A DNA stretch of 54,205 nt from Ilumatobacteraceae bacterium. GTDB taxonomy: Bacteria; Actinomycetota; Acidimicrobiia; Acidimicrobiales; Ilumatobacteraceae. The notes below the pieces were generated by a model that did no database searches, was not told the origin of the DNA, and saw only the letters and a list, made by a program, of their open reading frames with translations. Positions within the stretch are counted from its first letter, which is position 1, and the number at the start of each line of letters is the position of its first letter. Shown in pieces: positions 46,416 to 54,205 of this stretch. Where the stretch lies: positions 1 through 54,205 of the forward strand of contig JBDQKN010000001.1 in NCBI GenBank assembly GCA_040263235.1. Direction: 5' to 3'. The position numbers and the translations under genes were made by a program.

Positions 46416-48079
46416 GCAGTCGGCACGTGCTTCTGCTGCCGCCTGCTGAGGTGAACCGCCACCGACTCGAAAGCAGACGACGCGTGATGGCTTGAGCGAG
46501 TCAACGGGGAGGCCTCCACATGCGCGATGCCAAGTTGAGTACCAATCTCCGCCCAGCGCTCAAAGTGCTCAGGCTCAACCCAGCGAGCAACAGGCAAGTG
46601 GTGGCTCGTCGGCCTCAGATACTGGCCAATCGTGACGATGTTGCACCCCACCGAGGCGAGATCGGCCAAGGCCCCCTCCACTTCGGCATCTGTCTCACCC
46701 ATTCCCACGATGATTCCTGATTTTGTCACCACTGCCCTAGCGGCAGAACGGGCAAGCAATGCAAGGCTTCGTGCGTAGCCGGCAGATGGCCGAGCGGCTC
46801 GTTGGAGCCGCGCGACTGTCTCAAGATTGTGGTTGAGGACATCGGGTCGTGCATCGAGAAGGACATTGAGTGATGTTTCGTCACCACGAACGTCTGAGAT
46901 GAGCGTCTCGATGGTGACCGAGGGTGTGAGCGATCGAATCTCGGAGACACAGTCGGCCATATGCGACATACCTCCGTCGGGGAGATCGTCGCGAGCAACC
47001 ATGGTCAACACGGCGTGATTGAGGTTCATCCTCCTTACGGCCTCGGCCACGCGCTGTGGTTCGTCGGGGTTCGGTGGAAGTGGCCGACTCGTGTCGACCA
47101 AGCAGAATCCGCAGGCCCGGGTGCAGCGATCGCCAAGAACCATGAGTGTCGCCGTCCCCTCAGACCAACACTCGCTGAGGTTCGGACAACCAGCGTCCTC
47201 GCACACGGTCACGAGATCGAGTTCACGGACGGTGCGTCGAACTTCGAGTACCTCAGCGCTGTGTCGGACGACGGATCGCAACCACTCTGGCTTGCGGTCC
47301 TCGAGAGCTACCGCCGAGCCAATACCTGCAGCCTGCGCTCGCATCGACAATCGGACTGGCTCGCCGGGGCCATCACCACGCGAAAACGGACTGAGGTCCT
47401 CTGGCGTAACACGCCAGTGGACATCTTGTCGCTCCATCTGTGATCCCCATTGAATTCCAGCAACCTCAGCAACCACATCGACCACCTCGTGGAGCGATAC
47501 GTCAATTCCTTCCTCGGCGAGTGAGGTCACTGGGCGGTCCGAGATTCCGCAGGCAACGATGTGTCTACGCATGTAGGCCATATCGGGAGAAATATTGAGG
47601 GAGAAGCCATGAAGGCTTCTCCCCTGCGCTAGCCGCACCCCAATTGCGGCGATCTTTCGGGGATTTTCAGTGTCGACCCCAAGCCACACTCCTGGGTACC
47701 CGTCAAGGCGGCCTGGACCATGCGCCCCGAGTCGGCCTAGAACCTCGATAAGCACCTGCTCAACTGCTCGAACATGCTCGATCGATGCTTTGCCGTTTGG
47801 AAGGCTCAGGATTGGATAGCCCACCAGCTGTCCGGGGCCGTGGTAGGTGATGTCCCCTCCGCGATCTACCTCAATCAGTGTGGCGTCGACCTCGGAAGGA
47901 TCGCACCGCAGATTTGTGGCGAGATCTGCATGACGGCCATAGGTGAACACATGATCGTGCTCAAGGAGCAGAAGGTGGTTCCCTCGGCCATGACGATGGA
48001 TGCCACGCTGAAGCGCCAACGCCTCGATATACGGCACGCGACCCAGCCATCGGACCCTCAATGGGGTCTCGACGCTCAC
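46412..48079 (-). CDS. lipB-lipA: fused octanoyltransferase LipB / lipoyl synthase LipA
   Basis: Single uninterrupted ORF 46412..48163. The N-terminal half has LLLLEHDHVFTYGR, DRGGDITYHGPGQLVGYPI and RKIAAIGVR...HGFSLN (LipB). The C-terminal half has RKPEWLR, TVCEDAGCPNLSECW, CTRACGFCLV (radical-SAM CxxxCxxC), NHNLETV and TIGQYLRP (LipA). The preferred start is GTG 48079, 5 nt after the E2 stop and preceded by GGAGAG. The largest possible start is TTG 48163. Confidence 0.85.
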   Translation of the reverse strand: MSVETPLRVRWLGRVPYIEALALQRGIHRHGRGNHLLLLEHDHVFTYGRHADLATNLRCDPSEVDATLIEVDRGGDITYHGPGQLVGYPILSLPNGKASIEHVRAVEQVLIEVLGRLGAHGPGRLDGYPGVWLGVDTENPRKIAAIGVRLAQGRSLHGFSLNISPDMAYMRRHIVACGISDRPVTSLAEEGIDVSLHEVVDVVAEVAGIQWGSQMERQDVHWRVTPEDLSPFSRGDGPGEPVRLSMRAQAAGIGSAVALEDRKPEWLRSVVRHSAEVLEVRRTVRELDLVTVCEDAGCPNLSECWSEGTATLMVLGDRCTRACGFCLVDTSRPLPPNPDEPQRVAEAVRRMNLNHAVLTMVARDDLPDGGMSHMADCVSEIRSLTPSVTIETLISDVRGDETSLNVLLDARPDVLNHNLETVARLQRAARPSAGYARSLALLARSAARAVVTKSGIIVGMGETDAEVEGALADLASVGCNIVTIGQYLRPTSHHLPVARWVEPEHFERWAEIGTQLGIAHVEASPLTRSSHHASSAFESVAVHLSRRQQKHVPTA

Positions 48080-48083
48080 TGGC

Positions 48084-49400
48084 TCAGAGCTCTCCTGACC
48101 AGTCACGGTGTTCGAGAATCTCCTTGACACGTACCAAGAAGCCTGCTGCATACGCTCCGTCAAAAGCCCGGTGATCCCAGCTCATAGCCAGATTGCCCAC
48201 TGGGTGTACCACGATCGCCTCAGTCCCATCAGCCATCCGCGCCACCACCGGTCGTCGAACCACGGCGTCGGTCGAGATGATCGCAACCTGAGGTTGGTTG
48301 ATGATCGGCATGGTGAGAACAGACCCGGCCGAGCCGTTATTCGAGATGGTGAAGGTTCCACCTTGGATCTCGTCGGGAGCGAGTCGTCTGGCCCGTGCAC
48401 GATCGGCCAAGTCTCGGATCTCGTGGGCTATCGCTCGAAGTCGCTTTGTTTCGGCGCTTCGGATAACCGGTGCGAGTAGCCCGTCGTGGTCGAGGTCCAC
48501 CGCGATACCGAGGTCGACATAACCGTGAATCACTAAATCATCGCCGACCACGCTGGCGTTCATGTGAGGGAACTCTCCCAACGCATCAACGATGGCCCGG
48601 GCGACGAAGGGCAGATATGTCAGGGAGAACCCCTCTTGACTTCGGAATTCCGCCTTCACCACCGACCGAGCAACATCCACGTTCGCAAAGTCGATCTCAA
48701 CCACGCTGAAGGCATGAGGTGACGTCGCCTTGCTCGCAATCATGTGAGAGCCGGTCACCTTGCGAATCTTCGAGAGCGCAACGACAGTCTCACGCTCGCC
48801 TGTTGGAACAGGCGCTGGCGCTGGCGCAGGCGCAGAAGCCGGAGCAGGAGCAGGAGCCGGCGCAGGAGCCGGCGCAGGAGCAGGAGCAGAGACAGGAGTG
48901 GGCGCTGCAGCAACCGAGCGGCCATCGATGTGATCGAGAACATCCTCTCGGGTGATACGACCGCCAGCACCCGTAGCGCGGATGGCAGACGGATCGAGAC
49001 CGTGTTCGTTGACAAGTCGGCGTACAACCGGCGACAGCAAACGCCCATCATTGGTTACAGGAGTAACGCCGCCAGCAGCAGTCACGGGCGGAGGAGCCGG
49101 AGCCGGAGCAGGAGCCGGAGCAGGAGCAGGAGCCGGAGCAGGAGCCGGAGCAGCGGTGGCATCCGATGCCTCACCAACTACCGCCACTACCGTTCCAACA
49201 TCGATGGTGTCACCCTCAGGAACCCGAATCTCTGTCACCACACCGGCGATTGGACTCGGAACCTCGGTGTCAACCTTGTCGGTCGACACCTCGAAGAGCG
49301 GCTCGTCCGCAGCAACCGTGTCGCCCACGTTCTTGAACCATTGAGTGATCGTGCCCTCGGTAACGGTCTCGCCGAGTTGGGGAAGCGTCACATCTGCCAT
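48084..49400 (-). CDS. sucB: dihydrolipoamide acyltransferase (E2) of a 2-oxoacid dehydrogenase complex
   Basis: Lipoyl domain ([14 protein letters not shown]), two Pro-Ala linkers, a PSBD ([14 protein letters not shown]) and a catalytic domain with SWDHRAFDG. Confidence 0.9.
   Translation of the reverse strand: [438 protein letters not shown]
48805..48905 (-). repeat. imperfect GCN-CCN hexanucleotide tandem repeat encoding E2 Pro-Ala linker 2
   Basis: Plus strand reads ggcgctggcgctggcgcaggcgcagaagccggagcaggagcaggagccggcgcaggagcc... It encodes [29 protein letters not shown]. Confidence 0.8.
49088..49156 (-). repeat. imperfect hexanucleotide tandem repeat (ggagcc/ggagca) encoding E2 Pro-Ala linker 1
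   Basis: ggagccggagccggagcaggagccggagcaggagcaggagccggagcaggagccggagca encodes [24 protein letters not shown]. Confidence 0.8.
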
Positions 49401-49418
49401 TGTTCCTCCGTCGTGGGT

Positions 49419-50816
49419 TCAGCCGTTGAACGAACGGCCGGTCAGGGAGAGCATCGTCTCTCCAAAGAGTTCACTAAGACTGGGGTGCGGTTGGATGAAT
49501 TCAGCGATCTCGTCGACCGTTGCTTCCCAGTTCACCGCCAGGTATCCCCCTGAGAGCTGTTCCGTCACCCACGGCCCAACCATGTGCACACCAATGACCT
49601 GTCCGGCGCGACCATCGGGCGAGCGCAGCGCAATCACCTTCACCATTCCCTCGGTCTCACCAAGAATCTGCGCCCGGCTGTTGTACTTGAAGGGGTGCTT
49701 GCCAACTACGACGTCTAGGCCGTCGGCTTTGGCCTGCTCCTCGCCGGGGCCAGCCCAGGCGACCTCAGGGTGGCAATAGATAGCCCACGGGACTCGGCCA
49801 TAGTCGACCGGTATGGGCGACTCGCCGAGAAGGTGCTTGATGACCATGACAGCCTCGGCGTAGGCCACGTGGGCCAACTGAGGGGTATTGATCAGGTCGC
49901 CGATGGCGTAAACACCGTCGTCTCCTGTGCGGCAGTATTCGTCTACCTCGACGAAACCTCGGTCGTCTACTGACACCAAGGTGGCTTCAAGCCCCAGTTC
50001 ATCGGCAAATGGGCGACGGCCGACCGACACCACCACCGCGTCCACCGTCACGTCGTCGCTGCCCTCGAGGTGCACGGTCGTCGTTGAACCGTCCGGGGTA
50101 TGGCCAGCAACTCGAACACCGGTGCGGATGTCAATGCCCTTGCGCTTGAAGCTCTTCACCACGACGTTCGCAACGTCAGCATCTAGTCCGGGCAGGATCT
50201 TCGGTAGGCCCTCAAGCAAAGTGACAGACGCCCCGAGATCAGCGAAGGTCGACGCAAATTCGCAACCGATCGCGCCGCCGCCGATCACAGCGATGCGCTC
50301 GGGAATGTGCTCGAGTTCAAGCACCTCGTCGCTCGTCATGACCGGGCCACCTCGATCAAACCCCGGAATCGTCCGAGGCACCGATCCGGCGGCCAACAAC
50401 ACGAAGCGTCCTTCGATATCGGTGGAGGTCCCGTCTGCATGGTCAACGTGAACACGGCGTCCGGGCCGCAACGATCCCGACCCGTTGAGAACTGTGACCT
50501 TGCGTGCCTTGCACATGCCGGCGATGCCGGCGACGAGTCCATCGACAATTCGTTGTTTACGGCTCTGTGTCACACCAAAGTCGACGGTTGGGTCAGAGGT
50601 CTGAATTCCGAACTCGGCTGCGTGGCTCACGTGACGATGAACCGCTGCAGTCTCAAGGAACGCCTTGGCAGGGATGCAACCCCTATTGAGACAGGTTCCA
50701 CCGAGGCGGTCTTTCTCAACGAGCGCCACAGAGAGCCCGGCGGCTGCGGCATACAGGGCGGCGGAGTAGCCGCCGGGACCACCGCCGATGACGACCAGGT
50801 CAAAGGTGTCAGACAT
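49419..50816 (-). CDS. lpdA: dihydrolipoyl dehydrogenase (E3)
   Basis: VVIGGGPGGY, redox disulfide GGTCLNRGCIPAK, C-terminal HPSLSE-type interface motif (QPHPSLSEL). Confidence 0.95.
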   Translation of the reverse strand: MSDTFDLVVIGGGPGGYSAALYAAAAGLSVALVEKDRLGGTCLNRGCIPAKAFLETAAVHRHVSHAAEFGIQTSDPTVDFGVTQSRKQRIVDGLVAGIAGMCKARKVTVLNGSGSLRPGRRVHVDHADGTSTDIEGRFVLLAAGSVPRTIPGFDRGGPVMTSDEVLELEHIPERIAVIGGGAIGCEFASTFADLGASVTLLEGLPKILPGLDADVANVVVKSFKRKGIDIRTGVRVAGHTPDGSTTTVHLEGSDDVTVDAVVVSVGRRPFADELGLEATLVSVDDRGFVEVDEYCRTGDDGVYAIGDLINTPQLAHVAYAEAVMVIKHLLGESPIPVDYGRVPWAIYCHPEVAWAGPGEEQAKADGLDVVVGKHPFKYNSRAQILGETEGMVKVIALRSPDGRAGQVIGVHMVGPWVTEQLSGGYLAVNWEATVDEIAEFIQPHPSLSELFGETMLSLTGRSFNG

Positions 50817-50837
50817 CGGGGCACACGGTAGCGGCCA

Positions 50838-51251
50838 TCAGTCGACTGGCAATACCCAGCGCCTCACTTGTTCGCCTCTCTTCACCGCAAGGACGTGAGA
50901 ATCTGCACCGAGGTCGGCGAACACCACCTCACAACGACGACCCGAAACGGTGACTGGATCGCAGTCACCGTCGAGGACAGGCTGAGCCTCACCAGCTGCA
51001 AGCAGCGTCATCCCATCGGTGGCAAGGGCATCGTCCACTCCCCCTAATTCGAGCCCAACTCGGATTTCCCCGGCGCCACGAAGCGCCGTGAGCACCGTCA
51101 CCGAGAGATCCCCTACCACGACAGCATCGCCTATCGCAGCAACCGGAGAGACCTCTTGATCACCGCGCACCTGCCAGAGAAGCCCGATCCCGGCCCCAGC
51201 GATCGCGAGAGCACACGCCAGCGACAAAAGGAGTAGCGTTCTCGTCTTCAC
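50838..51251 (-). CDS. hypothetical secreted/membrane-anchored protein
   Basis: MKTRTLLLLSLACALAIAGAG is an N-terminal signal/anchor. 137 aa; no family recognised. First gene of the lpd-E2-lipBA strand. Confidence 0.5.
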   Translation of the reverse strand: MKTRTLLLLSLACALAIAGAGIGLLWQVRGDQEVSPVAAIGDAVVVGDLSVTVLTALRGAGEIRVGLELGGVDDALATDGMTLLAAGEAQPVLDGDCDPVTVSGRRCEVVFADLGADSHVLAVKRGEQVRRWVLPVD

Positions 51252-51292
51252 CGGCCGACAGGTTAGGCACCACGACCGAGCGAGCCACCACG

Positions 51293-51898
51293 TTGCCCAC
51301 TACGGTTCGTCATGTGCTTCGGAACGCCGTCGGCCAGATATTTGCGCTTTCAGTAGTGCTGACCGCCTGCGGTACCGACTTGCCTGACGAGATCAGCACA
51401 TCGGTCGAGACAATCCCAACAACATCAGAGCCCGCCTCATTGGATCTGACGGACTCCTCGGCCGTTCCCGCTCCGTCGGTAGCACAAGCGACTGCACCTG
51501 ACAGCCCCCAAGCCCTTCGTTGGACGGCGCCCCTCATCGGCGGCGGCCAGATTGATATGGAGGAGTTCGCTGGCAAGCAGGTGCTGCTGTGGTTCTGGGC
51601 TCCATATTGAACGACCTGTATGCGAGAAGCCCCCTCGGTCGAGGAGGCATGGTTGAGTGCCCCGCCCGGGACAGTCGTGGTTGGAGTTGGCTGGTCTGGC
51701 GACTCCGCGATCTATCAGGATTTCATTGACGATGGTGGACTGACGTTCCCGCAGATTGATGACACCTCCGGAGAGGTCTACTCCCGATTCGAAATCCCTT
51801 ACCAGCCTGCAGCGGTGCTCATCTCGGTTGGAGGAGATGTGACCACGATCAGAGGCGCCCTCGACAGGGCGACGCTTGCGGATTTGCTCAATTCCTGA
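51293..51898 (+). CDS. TlpA/ResA-like thioredoxin-fold thiol:disulfide oxidoreductase lipoprotein, with in-frame TGA (51608..51610) read as selenocysteine (UxxC)
   Basis: ORFs 51293..51610 and 51620..51898 share a frame and are separated only by the TGA. Joined translation: ...GKQVLLWFWAPY-U-TTCMREAPSVEEAWLSAPPGTVVVGVGWSGD...FEIPYQPAAVLIS... This matches the FWA-x-WC-x-x-C...E-x-P...P(cis-Pro) layout of TlpA/ResA/DsbE, with the TGA at the first Cys. Lipoprotein signal ALSVVLTAC. A SECIS-like hairpin lies downstream. The start is TTG 51293 or GTG 51314. Confidence 0.65.
51629..51648 (+). promoter_or_regulatory. candidate bacterial SECIS hairpin
   Basis: GCCCCCTC (51629..51636), GGTC loop (51637..51640), GAGGAGGC (51641..51648): 7 base pairs plus one C.A mismatch. 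The loop starts 29 nt after the U of the UGA. The GGUC apical loop is what I recall for the E. coli fdhF SECIS. Confidence 0.5.
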
Positions 51899-51947
51899 TT
51901 CAGAGCAGAGTCGGCTGATCGGAACAAACACGCCGTAGGTTTGCCCA

Positions 51948-52859
51948 ATGCGTATCGCAATCTCTGGTTCAACCGGGCTCATTGGACGTCGTCTCTGCGA
52001 GACGCTGAAGAGTCGAGGCGACGAAGTCGTTCCGATCGTGCGCCGGGCAGCCATCGATTCAGAAATTTCGTGGGATCCGAGCGCTGGGCAACTTGATGCC
52101 AAGCAATTGATTGGCATCGATGCTGTCGTCAATCTCTCGGGCGCCGGGATCGGAGATCGTCGCTGGACCACCAGTTACAAGCGCATCGTCCTTGAGAGTC
52201 GCACGTTCACCACTGAATTGCTGTCAACTCGCCTTGCCGAGGTTCGAGCCGATGGGGGGCCGTCACGGCTGCTCAGCGGTTCAGCAATCGGCTTCTACGG
52301 CGCACGAGGCGACGAGGTGCTTGACGAAGCCTCGGCAACTGGCGACGGGTTCCTCGCCGAGGTCTGTCGTGAGTGGGAACATGCGACTGCACCGGCCGAA
52401 GAGGCGGGAGTCTCAGTAGCTCACCTTCGCACCGGCATCGTGTTGAGCCCCAAAGGCGGGGCCTTGAAGAAGTTGCTCCCGCTCTTCAAACTGGGTCTCG
52501 GTGGGCGAATGGGGTCTGGGAACCAATGGCAGAGTTGGATTTCGATTGACGATGAAGTGGCCGCCATCATCCATCTCCTCACGAGTGATCTCGTCGGCCC
52601 GGTCAACCTCACCGCCCCTACGCCGGTAACCAATTCCGAGTTCACCACCACCCTCGCCCGCGCTGTTCGCCGACCTGCACTGTTCCCCGTCCCTGGCTTC
52701 GGTCCAAAAATTCTTCTCGGATCCGAACTGGCCGAGGCACTGCTGCTCACCGGCCAACGGGTACATCCAACGGCGTTGCAGGGCAATGGGTTCTCGTTTA
52801 ACCATCCCGACCTAGCAGCTGCATTGAGCGGCGTGCTCGCCTCTGGCTCAACCCGGTGA
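51948..52859 (+). CDS. TIGR01777 (SDR39U1-like) epimerase-family protein with DUF1731 C-terminus
   Basis: MRIAISGSTGLIGRRL and a C-terminal region typical of the family (303 aa). Confidence 0.8.
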   Translation: MRIAISGSTGLIGRRLCETLKSRGDEVVPIVRRAAIDSEISWDPSAGQLDAKQLIGIDAVVNLSGAGIGDRRWTTSYKRIVLESRTFTTELLSTRLAEVRADGGPSRLLSGSAIGFYGARGDEVLDEASATGDGFLAEVCREWEHATAPAEEAGVSVAHLRTGIVLSPKGGALKKLLPLFKLGLGGRMGSGNQWQSWISIDDEVAAIIHLLTSDLVGPVNLTAPTPVTNSEFTTTLARAVRRPALFPVPGFGPKILLGSELAEALLLTGQRVHPTALQGNGFSFNHPDLAAALSGVLASGSTR

Positions 52860-54106
52860 TGGCTTCAGCGAGTCGGCCCGTCGTCATCATCGGGGCTGGC
52901 CTCGCAGGCCTCGCATGTGCAGCCGAGTTGACCGCTGCACAGATTGACACCCTTGTCGTTGAAGCCTCCGACGAGGTTGGGGGTCGAGTTCGCACCGATC
53001 AGGTCGATGGATTCCTCCTCGACCGAGGCTTCCAAGTACTCCTCACTGCATATCCGGAGTTGGGGCGACGCGTTGATCTCGCCGAACTCGAACTCGGGGT
53101 GTTCGAACCGGGCGCAACCGTTCTCCGCGGTAGCAGAACAGATGTGGTCGCCGATCCGTTCAGGGCACCTCGGAGCCTTCCGGCCACGATTCGAAGCGCC
53201 CTTCCTGGAGGCATCGCGAATCCGGGTGACCTTCTGCGCCTCTGGACCCTGCGACGAAGACTGTCCGCCACTCCACCGAATGTCCTCCTACGTGGAAGTG
53301 ATGTCAGGACTTCAGAATCTCTGCCAATCATGGGATTCTCGCCCAAATTCATTCGTTCGTTTCTTGCGCCGTTCGTCGGCGGTGTTCAACTCGACCCTGC
53401 CCTGTCGACGAGTGTCCGCATGTTCGACGTCATCATGAGAATGTTGCTCGAGGGATCCGTCGGACTCCCGGCTCGCGGCATGGGTGAAATCCCAGCAGCC
53501 ATCTCGCGCACGCTGCCAGATAATTCCATCAGGCTGAATGAGCGGGTGCTCGAAATCCGTGGAAACCAGGTCCGGACGGAGAACGGTCTGATTGATGCTC
53601 ACCGGATCGTCGTCGCCACCGAAGGGCCAACCGCTTCTGCTCTCCTTGATCTTCCCCAACCGGGATCCCGTCCCGTTGGGTGCCTCTGGTTTGACATCCC
53701 CGCTCCCCCGGTAACTGGTCGACGAATCATTCTGGCTGGAGATTCGACCGGACCGGTGTTGAACGCTGCTGTCGTCAGCGAGGTGGCTCCAACCTATGCG
53801 CCTCCTGGTAGGCATCTCATCGGACTCGCAACCCCAGGCGACATTGGGAATGACCTTGAAGCCCGGGCGTTAGCTCAAGCCAGGGAGTGGTGGGGGGATC
53901 AGGTCGATTCGTGGCGTCACTTGCGTACGGATCGAATCGCTCATGGCCAGCCAGATCAGTCCCCGCCGTTCGCTCCTCGCCGCCGCGTGCAGATTGCCGA
54001 TCACCTCTTCGTCTGCGGAGATCATCGCGACACTGGGTCGATACAGGGAGCCCTCTTCTCAGGCAGACGTTGCGCTCTTTCGGTGATCAACTCGCTCACC
54101 GGTTGA
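52856..54106 (+). CDS. NAD(P)/FAD-dependent amine-oxidase-like oxidoreductase
   Basis: VVIIGAGLAGLACA...EASDEVGGRVRT is a dinucleotide fold plus GG motif. GTGA (GTGATG) overlap with the upstream gene. Confidence 0.8.
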   Translation: MMASASRPVVIIGAGLAGLACAAELTAAQIDTLVVEASDEVGGRVRTDQVDGFLLDRGFQVLLTAYPELGRRVDLAELELGVFEPGATVLRGSRTDVVADPFRAPRSLPATIRSALPGGIANPGDLLRLWTLRRRLSATPPNVLLRGSDVRTSESLPIMGFSPKFIRSFLAPFVGGVQLDPALSTSVRMFDVIMRMLLEGSVGLPARGMGEIPAAISRTLPDNSIRLNERVLEIRGNQVRTENGLIDAHRIVVATEGPTASALLDLPQPGSRPVGCLWFDIPAPPVTGRRIILAGDSTGPVLNAAVVSEVAPTYAPPGRHLIGLATPGDIGNDLEARALAQAREWWGDQVDSWRHLRTDRIAHGQPDQSPPFAPRRRVQIADHLFVCGDHRDTGSIQGALFSGRRCALSVINSLTG

Positions 54107-54205
54107 GCGGAGGCCTCGACAGTATCCTTCGGCGAATGGGCAGCCTGCCGACGAAGAACAACACCCCCTCGAACGACCTTCCGCAGGGCTTCCACGGTCT
54201 GGTGA

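Noticed and set aside
48805-49156. Short tandem repeats as a possible CRISPR array
   Set aside because: The period is 6 bp, there are no spacers, and the tracts lie inside a coding region encoding (Ala-Pro)n.
48744-49553. 269-aa plus-strand ORF rich in RSRSRS repeats
   Set aside because: It is the antisense reading of the E2 Pro-Ala linkers and the lipoyl domain. It is low-complexity and fully overlapped by a well-supported gene.
51608-51610. Simple pseudogene or nonsense mutation as the explanation for the TGA in the thioredoxin-like gene
   Set aside because: Not fully excluded, but disfavoured. The TGA falls exactly on the first Cys of CxxC, both halves are intact, and a GGUC-loop hairpin follows at SECIS-compatible distance. 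It is kept as the alternative hypothesis in the finding.
51437-52171. 244-aa minus-strand ORF
   Set aside because: It is antisense to the thioredoxin-like gene and the TIGR01777 gene. It has R/S/P-rich composition and no motifs.
54107-54205. Possible 3' end of a minus-strand gene entering from the right edge
   Set aside because: Two minus frames are open. One looks protein-like but would overlap the oxidoreductase by about 100 nt. The other has high GC3 but an implausible sequence. About 100 nt is too little to call.
1-54205. Mobile elements, prophage, defence islands, tRNA/rRNA genes
   Set aside because: No transposase, integrase, recombinase or phage-like ORFs, no terminal inverted or direct repeats, and no cloverleaf-like or rRNA-like sequence were seen. 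The PD-(D/E)XK Cas4-like nuclease (23036..23860) sits in a housekeeping-looking operon without cas or restriction partners.

Overview
GC-rich, densely packed chromosomal segment from an actinobacterium. The assignment rests on a mycothiol S-conjugate amidase (Mca), two F420-type luciferase-like oxidoreductases and frequent 4-nt start/stop overlaps; the finer lineage cannot be told from sequence alone. I support about 54 protein-coding genes. I found no rRNA, tRNA, CRISPR array, transposase, integrase or prophage signal.

Most of the window is core metabolism:
- Central carbon: mitochondrial-type aconitase and citrate synthase.
- 2-oxoacid dehydrogenase and lipoate: E2, E3 and lipoate attachment/synthesis genes.
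- Fatty-acid and CoA enzymes: acyl-CoA dehydrogenases, acyl-CoA ligases, a thiolase and SDRs.
- Sugar: a GH65 phosphorylase with beta-phosphoglucomutase.

Five things stand out:
1. Selenoprotein candidate (51293..51898). A TlpA/ResA-like lipoprotein is split into two ORFs only by an in-frame TGA. The TGA sits on the first Cys of the CxxC redox motif, giving UxxC. A hairpin with a GGUC loop follows it, so this is a strong selenocysteine candidate.
2. Sulfur-oxidation island (25744..35901). It contains a rhodanese lipoprotein, a SulP permease, a CstB-like persulfide dioxygenase-rhodanese fusion and a type II SQR. It also holds a signal-less molybdopterin oxidoreductase whose FeS and NrfD subunits are fused, which looks SoeABC-like, plus a GntR regulator. 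Two of its promoters share a repeated promoter/operator module.
3. typA/bipA carries an in-frame TAG at a conserved Tyr codon.
4. lipB and lipA form one continuous 583-codon ORF.
5. An orphan larE is translationally coupled to two lipid-type membrane enzymes.

All calls come from reading the translations and DNA by eye. No database search was possible.
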